From contig NZ_CP098747.1 of NCBI RefSeq assembly GCF_023746535.1, forward strand, positions 656,364 through 688,363: 32,000 nucleotides of DNA. The letters run 5' to 3'. Below, piece by piece: positions 15,558 to 23,606 of this stretch. Under the pieces are notes generated by a model. It saw only the letters and a list, made by a program, of their open reading frames with translations. It had not been told where the DNA came from and searched no databases. Position numbers and translations under genes: made by a program. This stretch comes from Sneathiella marina (lineage in GTDB: Bacteria; Pseudomonadota; Alphaproteobacteria; Sneathiellales; Sneathiellaceae). Each line of letters starts with the position of its first letter. Within the stretch, counting starts at the first letter, position 1.

Positions 15558-18320
15558 TCAATTTCGTTTCCAATTGGTGTGTTCAAAAATGCTTTTTTCA
15601 ACTGACCATTGCTCGACCAGATAATCTTTGAAACTTCCATTTTTTGAGACACCTTTCAGATCCAAAATACTATATTTTACTTCGCGATCTTCTGAAAAAA
15701 TTTCATCCAAAGACAAAATTCTTGGACATCCCCCTATCACTTCACATGCCATAGTGGCAACGTCTCCGCTGGTCGTCAAAGCATTTGAAGTATGGAGTTC
15801 TGGTTGATGAGCATCAACATTTTTAACTAAAAACAAGGCGTGGAAAAAGCCCGGCATTCTTCTACCTTCATACCCGATGCCAATTTGATCGACGAATGCC
15901 GGATCAAACATCGGATTGTCTACCCACCAACCATGGTCGGAGACGACTTGTATTTGCGTTGAATTGTATACTTTATCCGCTTTCATTCTTTCGAAAATTT
16001 TAGCTAATTGGAGAAGAGAATATGTTGCTTCAGCTTTGTAATCGCCTTTGCCTTTTTGACTGATGTTTCCTTCCTGATCAATAACGTTAGGACCATGAGG
16101 CACATGTAGATGTATAAAGTTTAGCGTTGGTTTTTCTGAAGTAGCTACTTCTTTTTCAGAGAGACTATCAAGCAATTTGATCATTTTCAGTTTAGAATTC
16201 GTTGATTCATCGTTGTGAGTTTTATCCAAGTAGGTGAAATAGAAATGTTCTCTGAAAAATAGCGGGAACGATTTTAAAATTGAAAACTTAATCAGTGATC
16301 TGATTACAAAATTATCGGCTTCCGGGTTGTTCGAATTTGCGTAGCCATTGCCATCAATCTTGTATATTGACGCGTCCTTATTAGAGATTTTGACATTAAA
16401 TTTTGGTTGTACAATATTGCTATTGTACCCTTTAGGCTTAAAAAGCTCAGGTAATACCAAATAAGAATCCGCTAGAGTATCAAGCATTCTGTCATTGCTT
16501 GAGGGTATTACATTTTCTATGTGAAAGCGATGTCCCCCAAAAATAGAGGGGAGTGAGCCGATTGTTCCTCCTGAATTTGCGACACTATTTTTGTACCAAG
16601 TAAAATCCTTGAACCCATTTCTGATTTTTCTATTTTCCTTCACAAGCTCCGGAAATAGACCACCTGAAAATCCGTCCAGGATAATTACAAGAACATTTTT
16701 TCCTGATTTTGAAAGAGTTAGATTGAAATCTCTGGCTTCTAGGTAAGAGCTTTCTGTTTGGTTATCCGTATTGCCTGCGTTTGCCACCAGTAAAGAAGCT
16801 GCACTTACAGAGATCGTCGCCAATGATGTTATGAACAATAATAGTAACAATGGAACGAAATAGGATTGCAGTTTATTGAAATTCTTCAAAAATAAGAGAA
16901 ACAATCCAACCAAGACGGTGAATTCCAAAATTGAATGAAAGGCACTGACATTGATAAGGTCTGGCTGATTAAATGTAAAATTGTCCAGTAGGCCGTAATT
17001 TAACCCAACAAGTTTAGAGTAGACAAAGAAAATGGTGCTTAAATATACTGAAAGTATCAAAATGGATTTTACGATATTTTCGGATGAAAACCTTAGTAAA
17101 ATATAGCCCAACATTATGGCTAGACAAAAAATTGTTATGTTAGCCAACAAAATAGTGAAATATTCAATTCCATAATACTCGCTGGGGTCAGATAAGTATA
17201 AATTCAAAGGGTTATCGAGAACGATAATAAAGATCAGAAGCGACAGGAACCCAAGAGAAACGAGACGTAATTTTGCTTGGCTATATGAAAGAGACGCCGT
17301 ATTTCCCAAAACACCAAAAAAGAGGGCAGCCTGTACACCTAAGACAAGAAAAGAAATATTTATAAACAGTAGTGAGGGAAGCCGGTATTGGTCGCTGATC
17401 TGACCAAAGGCCATTGCCACCTGAAGTAAGAACAAAACATAGAGAACAAATTTGGAAAGATAAGAAAAATTGTATGAAAATTTAACTGAGAAATAAAAGA
17501 GAATGATTTCTAACGAAATAATTAGAGCTACAATATTGCTGTTTTCATCGGCAATTTGAGTTGGCAAAAAATGGTCAATTAAGCAAAAGCTGATAACAAA
17601 AATACAAAGGGATACTGTGTATTTGTTGATAAGGAAGTCATAGATTTGACGTCTGGAAACAGTGGAGATAAGTAACACGCCCCTTTTATCAGCATTTCTC
17701 ATGATGATAATGTTTCTAAATAGAATAAAGGCGTTGCTTACTGTCCAGTATATTAGCAAAACAGATTTAGCGTTGTATAAAAGAACTAGAAATAGAAGGC
17801 TAACGCCAAAAGCTTGAATTAGATCGTTTTTTGTGAAATTCGGTGTTGTTAATGCAGCTGCCACATTTACAAATGTCATAATAAAAGGAAGTAAATTTCC
17901 TTGGCCTAAAATTAGATTGTCAGGGCCTCCCAGATTTTTAATAAAGATAAATTGTTCACCATTCAAAACATCAAGCTGTTCAAACATAAAATAGGTAAGA
18001 ACTAACAAGGGGAGCTGTATGAAAAGACCAAGCAGCTTTCTTACTGAGTATATTGGATGGTAACTGTAGCGATTATATAGATTATTTAATCTAGTGTGCT
18101 GTTCAGCGCCCTTACTTTCTTTTTTAATTCTTTCAACTTGAGGAGCTAAAACAGTTTGAAAACTGGTTTCTTTGTAAACTATTAAATTGGCCAATTTTGT
18201 TGGCTTTATCAGTAGCAAACTAACAAATAGAGACAGAAGTATGGTAGCGAGGCCATAGCTATGAACAATATTAGAGATGAAAAGAAATAAACTCTCGTAA
18301 TATGAAATAACAATATTCAA
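15558..18320 (-). CDS. 920-aa membrane fusion: YidC/Oxa1-like N-terminal domain + polytopic segment + C-terminal alkaline-phosphatase-superfamily (sulfatase/LtaS/EptA-like) phosphotransferase domain
   Basis: TTG start at 18320 has AAGGT about 10 nt upstream. Residues 1 to ~210 show YidC/Oxa1 hallmarks: GLATILLSLFVSLLLIKP; LNNLYNRYSYHPIYS..LLGLFIQLPLLVLTYF; LLIYWTVSNAFILFRN. By eye there are about 14 hydrophobic segments in total. The C-terminal ~375 aa carry VLVIILDG (Asp codon 16674-16676), SGGTIGSLPS (candidate Thr nucleophile, codon 16563-16565), HLHVPHGP and VVSDHGWW. Confidence 0.7.
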   Translation of the reverse strand: MNIVISYYESLFLFISNIVHSYGLATILLSLFVSLLLIKPTKLANLIVYKETSFQTVLAPQVERIKKESKGAEQHTRLNNLYNRYSYHPIYSVRKLLGLFIQLPLLVLTYFMFEQLDVLNGEQFIFIKNLGGPDNLILGQGNLLPFIMTFVNVAAALTTPNFTKNDLIQAFGVSLLFLVLLYNAKSVLLIYWTVSNAFILFRNIIIMRNADKRGVLLISTVSRRQIYDFLINKYTVSLCIFVISFCLIDHFLPTQIADENSNIVALIISLEIILFYFSVKFSYNFSYLSKFVLYVLFLLQVAMAFGQISDQYRLPSLLFINISFLVLGVQAALFFGVLGNTASLSYSQAKLRLVSLGFLSLLIFIIVLDNPLNLYLSDPSEYYGIEYFTILLANITIFCLAIMLGYILLRFSSENIVKSILILSVYLSTIFFVYSKLVGLNYGLLDNFTFNQPDLINVSAFHSILEFTVLVGLFLLFLKNFNKLQSYFVPLLLLLFITSLATISVSAASLLVANAGNTDNQTESSYLEARDFNLTLSKSGKNVLVIILDGFSGGLFPELVKENRKIRNGFKDFTWYKNSVANSGGTIGSLPSIFGGHRFHIENVIPSSNDRMLDTLADSYLVLPELFKPKGYNSNIVQPKFNVKISNKDASIYKIDGNGYANSNNPEADNFVIRSLIKFSILKSFPLFFREHFYFTYLDKTHNDESTNSKLKMIKLLDSLSEKEVATSEKPTLNFIHLHVPHGPNVIDQEGNISQKGKGDYKAEATYSLLQLAKIFERMKADKVYNSTQIQVVSDHGWWVDNPMFDPAFVDQIGIGYEGRRMPGFFHALFLVKNVDAHQPELHTSNALTTSGDVATMACEVIGGCPRILSLDEIFSEDREVKYSILDLKGVSKNGSFKDYLVEQWSVEKSIFEHTNWKRN

Positions 18321-18351
18321 AGCTAATTACCTTATGAAGGCTAGTAAGTGA

Positions 18352-19632
18352 CTATTTCTGCACCAAATCTGGTAGATACTGAATTATACTTGGAGAGGAG
18401 TTCCCAAAATTTGTGACACAGCGGTCCCTGAAAGACGAGATGTTTTTTGAAGATTGCTGCTCTAGTACAGATTTGATAATTTCTCCTAATTTCCCAATCT
18501 CATTGGGCGCAATTGATACACCAATCTGTGATGCCGCTTCATCATCCCAGAACTCATCCAGATCTTCCGCCTCAAAGCCGACCAGGTCTTTTGCCGAAAT
18601 TTGTAATGAAATTACTGGTTTCTCATAAATAAATGCGAAATCAAAGCGTATAGAGGAAGTGTCTGAAATCAAAATATCAGAAATACTCATTGAGTAATTT
18701 GGAGAGATTTCATCATCCCATTTGAAATTGTCAAAGGTTTCCAGTTCTTTTTTGCATTGATCGATAAATTCGGGTTCAGCTATTCTCGAATGAGGATGAG
18801 GGCGAACGATGACATTATACCCCTGTTCAAGTAGAGCTTTTATAAAAGAAATTCCGTACGCTTTTAGGCAGCCCTTAGGCCCCCAAGAAGAGCCAATGAG
18901 GATCGTTGTTTTATCTTGCTTAAGAACGGAAGGATTGCGGTTTTTATACAGTTCATCCAGGTATGGTAGACCGAGGGATATCAATCTTTTTGGCTTCAGA
19001 TTCCGTCTTTTTTCAATACTTCGAATTGATTTTTCCTGGAAAGGGCCAGCCATGATAACGGTATCATATTTATCTAAAGAGAATTTTTTATATGTCGATA
19101 TATCTCCAACATGGTGAAAAATATGAACCAAATTTCCAACCATATTGGATTTTTTCAAAAAATAATTCTTGGCGCCGATGTTTGGAGAGGTGGAAACCAT
19201 GACAGGCGCTTCTATGTGAGACAATTCCTTTAGCCCGAAAATAGACCTGCTACATCTCTTGGAGTTCATGTAAGGGCTTTCGATTTCTAATGCCGGATCA
19301 AACAGATCCAATGTCCTGTAACGGAAATAAATTTTTCGGCTTATTAGTTCTTCAACAATTGGGCGAAATGTTCCCCAATAAGCGCGCCCTTCGCTAAACA
19401 GAACAAGAGTATTCTTGGGCGAGTGCGTGTCCTGTGCATCATCTTTTAATCCTGCTATGCGGTAAAAGAAGGTCTTAATGGTATACCATACTGCGCCCAA
19501 TGCCGCGAACAGGACTCCAACCAGCGCACTCCCGGAACCTGGGTCCAAATATGCGTAAGCAGGCTTGGAATATAAAACCAAACAACCGATGAAAAAAAGA
19601 TCAACGAGCACCCTTTTAGTCGTACCTAACAT
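18352..19632 (-). CDS. Membrane-anchored TagB/TagF-like (Glyphos_transf-like) phosphotransferase
   Basis: ATG at 19632 overlaps the upstream stop by 7 nt. The N-terminus has hydrophobic anchors (VLVDLFFIGCLVLY; ALVGVLFAALGAVWY). The C-terminal half carries motifs reminiscent of CDP-glycerol glycerophosphotransferases: ILIGSSWGP, VIVRPHPHS, ILISDTSSIRFDFAFIYEKPVI. Confidence 0.55.
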   Translation of the reverse strand: MLGTTKRVLVDLFFIGCLVLYSKPAYAYLDPGSGSALVGVLFAALGAVWYTIKTFFYRIAGLKDDAQDTHSPKNTLVLFSEGRAYWGTFRPIVEELISRKIYFRYRTLDLFDPALEIESPYMNSKRCSRSIFGLKELSHIEAPVMVSTSPNIGAKNYFLKKSNMVGNLVHIFHHVGDISTYKKFSLDKYDTVIMAGPFQEKSIRSIEKRRNLKPKRLISLGLPYLDELYKNRNPSVLKQDKTTILIGSSWGPKGCLKAYGISFIKALLEQGYNVIVRPHPHSRIAEPEFIDQCKKELETFDNFKWDDEISPNYSMSISDILISDTSSIRFDFAFIYEKPVISLQISAKDLVGFEAEDLDEFWDDEAASQIGVSIAPNEIGKLGEIIKSVLEQQSSKNISSFRDRCVTNFGNSSPSIIQYLPDLVQK

Positions 19633-20765
19633 AGAGCCCTCAATGTTTTGCGTATCATTTCAGGTGTTAGCTGAATTGGGTGATTACTCAGACGTTCAAC
19701 ATTAACTTGCTCAATAATTCTATCAATTACTTTGCTCGAATTCACTTTGGTTGTATCTAGCTTGATTGAAAGGCCGCAGGCTTTCATAATTGCATACCAG
19801 CGATCTTTAGCTGCGGTTGCATTTTTTACGTTTAGCAATACGTAAAGGTCTCTCATCGTTTTGGCGAAGCTCGATGGGGTTACATTATGATTATAGCCTT
19901 GGATGTTTTCTTGTGCATGCAGTTCAAAGAACAATCCCAATGTGATAGCGGCAGCATGACCATGGGGTAAGCCAAATTCCTTAGTAATTCCGTATGACAG
20001 AGCATGTGGCGCCGTCGTTTTACTTATGTTAATTGCTTTGCCAGCTAAATGGGCAGCTTGAACCACTGATGTTCTTTTTTCTTTGTGGCCCATTGAAACA
20101 GCTTCTGTCAGGTCCTTTATGAGTATCTTTATGGCTTGCGAGGCGTAAAGTTTACTTTCCGATGTTGCATTGGCTGACCAGTAAGACTCCACGGCCTGGC
20201 ATAAAGCGTCAAACCCGGTACAGGCGGATATGTATTGCGGCAGGTTATCCACGAAGCAGGCATCCACAATAGAAACATCTGGCATCAATTGATCGGATGC
20301 CAAGGAATATTTGACGCCATCAACATATATAACGGCAAAATGTGTAGCCTCGCTCCCTGTACCGCAAGTTGTGGGTATTGCAATAAGAGGGCATAGCTCA
20401 TTGGAAACTTTGTCTTTTCCAGTTGCGATTTCTTTTTCTCGACCAGAATGCGCCTGAATTGCATTTATTGTCTTCGCAATATCAATAGCGCTTCCCCCAC
20501 CAACAGCTATGATCAAATCATACTTCTTAGCCTTAAATTCAACTGCTCCTTTTATAGCCTGGTCGAGAGTGGGGTTTGATGTGTAGTCGTTAAAATAAAA
20601 TACTTTGCGATCTTTAAGTGCGGTATCTAGCAACTGCTTTGCGCCACTGTCGTGGAAAGACTTTTTACCTGTCACCAGAAATATATTTTTGCTGCCTAGC
20701 CGTTCAATTTCTAGTGATAAATTTGCGATGGCTCCTCGGCCTATATGTTCTGTGCTATATTTCAT
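19626..20765 (-). CDS. Iron-containing (group III) alcohol dehydrogenase; by context a phosphonoacetaldehyde reductase making 2-hydroxyethylphosphonate
   Basis: Fe-ADH motifs are AVGGGSAIDIAK and HALSYGIT...PHGHAA. The ATGA overlap with the phosphonopyruvate decarboxylase gene implies translational coupling. The context matches the PhpC/FomC-type step. Confidence 0.7.
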   Translation of the reverse strand: MKYSTEHIGRGAIANLSLEIERLGSKNIFLVTGKKSFHDSGAKQLLDTALKDRKVFYFNDYTSNPTLDQAIKGAVEFKAKKYDLIIAVGGGSAIDIAKTINAIQAHSGREKEIATGKDKVSNELCPLIAIPTTCGTGSEATHFAVIYVDGVKYSLASDQLMPDVSIVDACFVDNLPQYISACTGFDALCQAVESYWSANATSESKLYASQAIKILIKDLTEAVSMGHKEKRTSVVQAAHLAGKAINISKTTAPHALSYGITKEFGLPHGHAAAITLGLFFELHAQENIQGYNHNVTPSSFAKTMRDLYVLLNVKNATAAKDRWYAIMKACGLSIKLDTTKVNSSKVIDRIIEQVNVERLSNHPIQLTPEMIRKTLRALC

Positions 20766-21892
20766 GAGGACTGAATGAACCTCATGAAATTTTCTTTATT
20801 CTGTGTGGGTGAAATTGTCGGGCGGCCAAGATCCTTACGATTGCCGGTTTTGATTTTTACTTCAAGCAAAGCGGGCCCATCTGAACTTAGGAATTCTTTC
20901 AACGACTGTTCAAGGTCCTCGGCATTGTCGACGACATCTGAACGTATATATCCACAGCTTTTTGCAATTTCGCTCAACGAAACGGTAAAGCCAACAGTTG
21001 GCTGGCCCCCCACTGAATCATGCGCGCCATTGTTGAGGATTATATGTTTAAAGTTATGGCATTTACTTGAACCTATAATTGCCATTGAACCTAAATGCAT
21101 TAACGCAGCCCCATCTCCATCCAGGCAAATGACACGACGGTCAGGCTTCTGCATTGAAATGCCAAGTGCTATTTGGGAAGTATGCCCCATTCCCCCTACT
21201 GTCAGAAAATCACGTTGATGTCCTTGATCGCAATGCGCCCTATATTCGAAAAGCTCTCTTGATGCCATGCCAGTTGTCGCGACAATGATATCGTCAGTTG
21301 AAGTGCAATCAATAATTCTTTGTATGCCTTCTTCTCTTGAGAGAGGTAAGCTGCTTGCTTCTTTTTCTGGTTGGAGGTAGGGGGCAAACGATCCTTTTTT
21401 TGCAACCAGTGCGACAGGGAAGTTGTTTTCCCGAGCACTTAAAACCGCTGACTGCAGTGATTGCAGGTCATCTTCTTCCTCGCCAGACAGGACCCAGTAT
21501 GGAATTTCCATAGCGTCAAGCTTTTCTAGCAATACTCGTCCTTGTTTCACATGTTGGGGTTCATCCGGAACTCCTGGCTCTCCTCTCCAGCCTATGAGGA
21601 GTAGCATGGGGATAGAGTAGACATCACTATCAGCAAGTGACATCAAAGGGTTAATCGCATTACCCAGTCCAGAATTTTGAAAATAAACCAGTGGAATTTT
21701 GCCCGTAGATAAATGATATCCGATAGCTAACCCAACCGCAGCACCTTCGTTAGATGCAATGACATGATTTTTTTCGGTTGTATTGTCGGTCACGTAAGCA
21801 CAGAAAGATTTAAGTAAAGAATCTGGAACGCCTGTAAAAAAATCAATATCGGTATCTTTTAACGTTCCGAAAAATACATTTGGTCTAGTCAC
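20762..21892 (-). CDS. ppd: Phosphonopyruvate decarboxylase (ThDP-dependent)
   Basis: GTG start at 21892. The N-terminus FFGTLKDTDIDFFTGVPDSLLKSF is typical of Ppd/AepY. The ThDP motif is LDGDGAALMHLGSMAIIGS...ILNNGAHDSVGGQ. Length is 376 aa and the gene lies directly downstream of pepM. Confidence 0.85.
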   Translation of the reverse strand: MTRPNVFFGTLKDTDIDFFTGVPDSLLKSFCAYVTDNTTEKNHVIASNEGAAVGLAIGYHLSTGKIPLVYFQNSGLGNAINPLMSLADSDVYSIPMLLLIGWRGEPGVPDEPQHVKQGRVLLEKLDAMEIPYWVLSGEEEDDLQSLQSAVLSARENNFPVALVAKKGSFAPYLQPEKEASSLPLSREEGIQRIIDCTSTDDIIVATTGMASRELFEYRAHCDQGHQRDFLTVGGMGHTSQIALGISMQKPDRRVICLDGDGAALMHLGSMAIIGSSKCHNFKHIILNNGAHDSVGGQPTVGFTVSLSEIAKSCGYIRSDVVDNAEDLEQSLKEFLSSDGPALLEVKIKTGNRKDLGRPTISPTQNKENFMRFIQSS

Positions 21893-21925
21893 AACACAAC
21901 CTATCTTAAATTTGGTTTTACGGAA

Positions 21926-23224
21926 TTACCTTGTTCCAGGGATTAGGTCCAAGATATCCTTTATGTTCATGCATTTGTCGGATGTTTCCAAAGAACGTCC
22001 ATGCTTTAAGATGGAATAGGCTACTTCTCTCATGGAAGGGAAGGATGCTCTTAGAAGATGGTTTGCATAAATTACTACATTTACGCCAGCCTCCGCTAAT
22101 TCTGTGTCCGTAATGCTATTGTAACTTGTTGGTACCGCAACCAATGGGACCCGGTTCTCAATTTGATTATATTTATTGCAAAAAGCAAAAACTTCATCGG
22201 GTGTTTTTTGTCTACTATGAATCATAATCCCGTCGGCGCCCGCCTCAATATACGCTTTGGCTCTTGTCAGGGCATCATCCATTCCTTTTTCAAGAATTAA
22301 GCTTTCGATGCGGGCAATGATCATAAATTCATCTGTAACTTGTGAATTTTTGCCAACTTTTATTTTATGGCAGAAATTTTCAATTGAATCTTGGTGCTGA
22401 GCGACTTCGTTTCCAAACAAGGAGTTCTTCTTTAACCCGGTTTTATCTTCAATAATGACAGCTGAAACTCCGACTCTTTCCAGGTTCTTGACGGTAAAAG
22501 AAAAATGTTCGGGTATTCCACCGGTATCAGCATCAAAAATCATTGGTTTTGTGGTTACTTCAAATGTTTCGTTGATGTTTTGTAACCGTGTAGTTAAGTC
22601 CAGTGCTTCAATGTCTGGTTTTCCTTTAATGGTCGAGTCTGTCAAGCTACTAGACCACATGGCATCAAACTCAACCGAGGTGCCATTGTTTTCTGCTTCT
22701 GCATGTTCAATAATAAGGCCGCAAAGTGGAGAATGTGCTTCTAAGACACGTACAATTTGCTTTGCATTTATCAAGCGGCGCAATCGTTTCATACGAACAT
22801 CGGGAGTCGTGCCGATTTCCTTGATACTACCATGTATCTGGGTTGACGAAATTCCCGGTGTGTATGCTACTTCAATTAGTTCACCGCCCCATTCAGAAAT
22901 TGTATTGATAACTTGAGAGCGGGTTTTTGCTTGTACGCCTGTTTTCCAGTCATCACCGTGAACCACAAAATCAGGTCTCAGATTTTTCAGGTTGGGACGG
23001 TAGTCGAGAGTTTCTTGAGGAACAACTTCGGAAACATGTTGTATATTTTCGACGACCGTCTTTCTTTGATCATAAGTCAGGTACGGGAGGCGTTTATAGC
23101 TTGCAATGGCGCTGTCAGTGAGTACTCCTACAATGACCTTTCCATATTTCGAGGCTTCCTGAAGGATGTTTATGTGTCCTGGATGTAATAGGTCTGCGCT
23201 CATTCCTACATATACAGTCTTCAA
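21926..23224 (-). CDS. pepM: Bifunctional cytidylyltransferase::phosphoenolpyruvate mutase (Fom1-like architecture)
   Basis: TTG start at 23224 has AGGGGG 5-6 nt upstream. The N-terminal ~135 aa form a TagD-type nucleotidyltransferase: [16 protein letters not shown] (HPGH at 23174-23185) and [10 protein letters not shown]. The C-terminal ~290 aa form the PEP mutase, with the diagnostic [10 protein letters not shown] at 22421-22450. Confidence 0.9.
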   Translation of the reverse strand: MKTVYVGMSADLLHPGHINILQEASKYGKVIVGVLTDSAIASYKRLPYLTYDQRKTVVENIQHVSEVVPQETLDYRPNLKNLRPDFVVHGDDWKTGVQAKTRSQVINTISEWGGELIEVAYTPGISSTQIHGSIKEIGTTPDVRMKRLRRLINAKQIVRVLEAHSPLCGLIIEHAEAENNGTSVEFDAMWSSSLTDSTIKGKPDIEALDLTTRLQNINETFEVTTKPMIFDADTGGIPEHFSFTVKNLERVGVSAVIIEDKTGLKKNSLFGNEVAQHQDSIENFCHKIKVGKNSQVTDEFMIIARIESLILEKGMDDALTRAKAYIEAGADGIMIHSRQKTPDEVFAFCNKYNQIENRVPLVAVPTSYNSITDTELAEAGVNVVIYANHLLRASFPSMREVAYSILKHGRSLETSDKCMNIKDILDLIPGTR

Positions 23225-23303
23225 CTCAACCCCCTAATTAACCGGTATCATTAATACATTTCATTGAACCACCGGGCACTGGAAGTTTCCGGGTTAATTA
23301 CAG

Positions 23304-23327
23304 ATATACTATGAGAGTTAATATACT
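23304..23327. repeat. ATATACT direct repeat (23304-23310, 23321-23327) flanking a small AGAGT/ACTCT inverted repeat
   Basis: Read directly, 80-100 nt upstream of the pepM TTG at 23224. The stretch is AT-rich and contains -10-like hexamers on the minus strand (TATATT). Confidence 0.25.
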
Positions 23328-23533
23328 CTATACGCTAACCTCTATTCTGGAGAGTCTGTTGTCAAGACTGTTTAACAGCGGAGTTTAAGACATCCAATCC
23401 GCGGAGGGGCCGTTGTCGAATAGATAGGAACGTATGAGCTTATATAAACTCAGAGGCTCTGGCGCGCGTTGTTGTTTTGAGTAAGCCACTTTCTTGAAGT
23501 GTTACAAAGATCGATCAAAACCACAGTAGCAAG

Positions 23534-23555
23534 TGAACATTGAACACTAAGTTCA
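23534..23555. repeat. TGAACAT-TGAACAC tandem plus inverted GTTCA (TGAAC x2 direct, x1 inverted)
   Basis: Read directly as TGAACATTGAACACTAAGTTCA, in the long non-coding region upstream of pepM. Confidence 0.3.
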
Positions 23556-23606
23556 ATTAGCTTTGACTTAGCTCTCCGATCTTGCAGTATTTGCGGAAAA
23601 TTAGTG

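Noticed and set aside
20775-21218. 147-aa plus-strand ORF antisense to ppd. Similar antisense ORFs lie at 22455-22916, 22913-23188, 24746-25162, 829-1410, 2867-3238, 12817-13119 and 29908-30240.
   Set aside because: All lie fully inside strongly supported genes on the opposite strand. They have low-complexity or Ser/Arg/Ala/Pro-rich translations, no RBS and no recognisable motifs. These are typical shadow ORFs.
15558-23224. A fosfomycin (or other phosphonate antibiotic) biosynthetic cluster, given the Fom1/Fom2/FomC-like trio.
   Set aside because: There is no radical-SAM methyltransferase (Fom3), epoxidase (Fom4), FomD-type hydrolase, resistance kinase, HepD/MpnS/HppE-type oxygenase or peptide ligase in or next to the operon. 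The remaining genes are membrane transferases.
23360-23365. A TTGACA hexamer on the minus strand upstream of pepM, as a possible -35 box.
   Set aside because: The nearest -10-like hexamers (TATATT at 23325-23320, TATAGA) are 27-34 nt away, which is not a functional sigma-70 spacing.
15541-23604. Flanking repeats that could mark island insertion: GGCGGAAATTT (minus strand, near 15541-15553) versus GCGGAAAATT (23592-23601).
   Set aside because: Only a 7-nt exact core (GCGGAAA) is shared, and that is expected by chance several times in 64 kb. No integrase or tRNA supports an att site.
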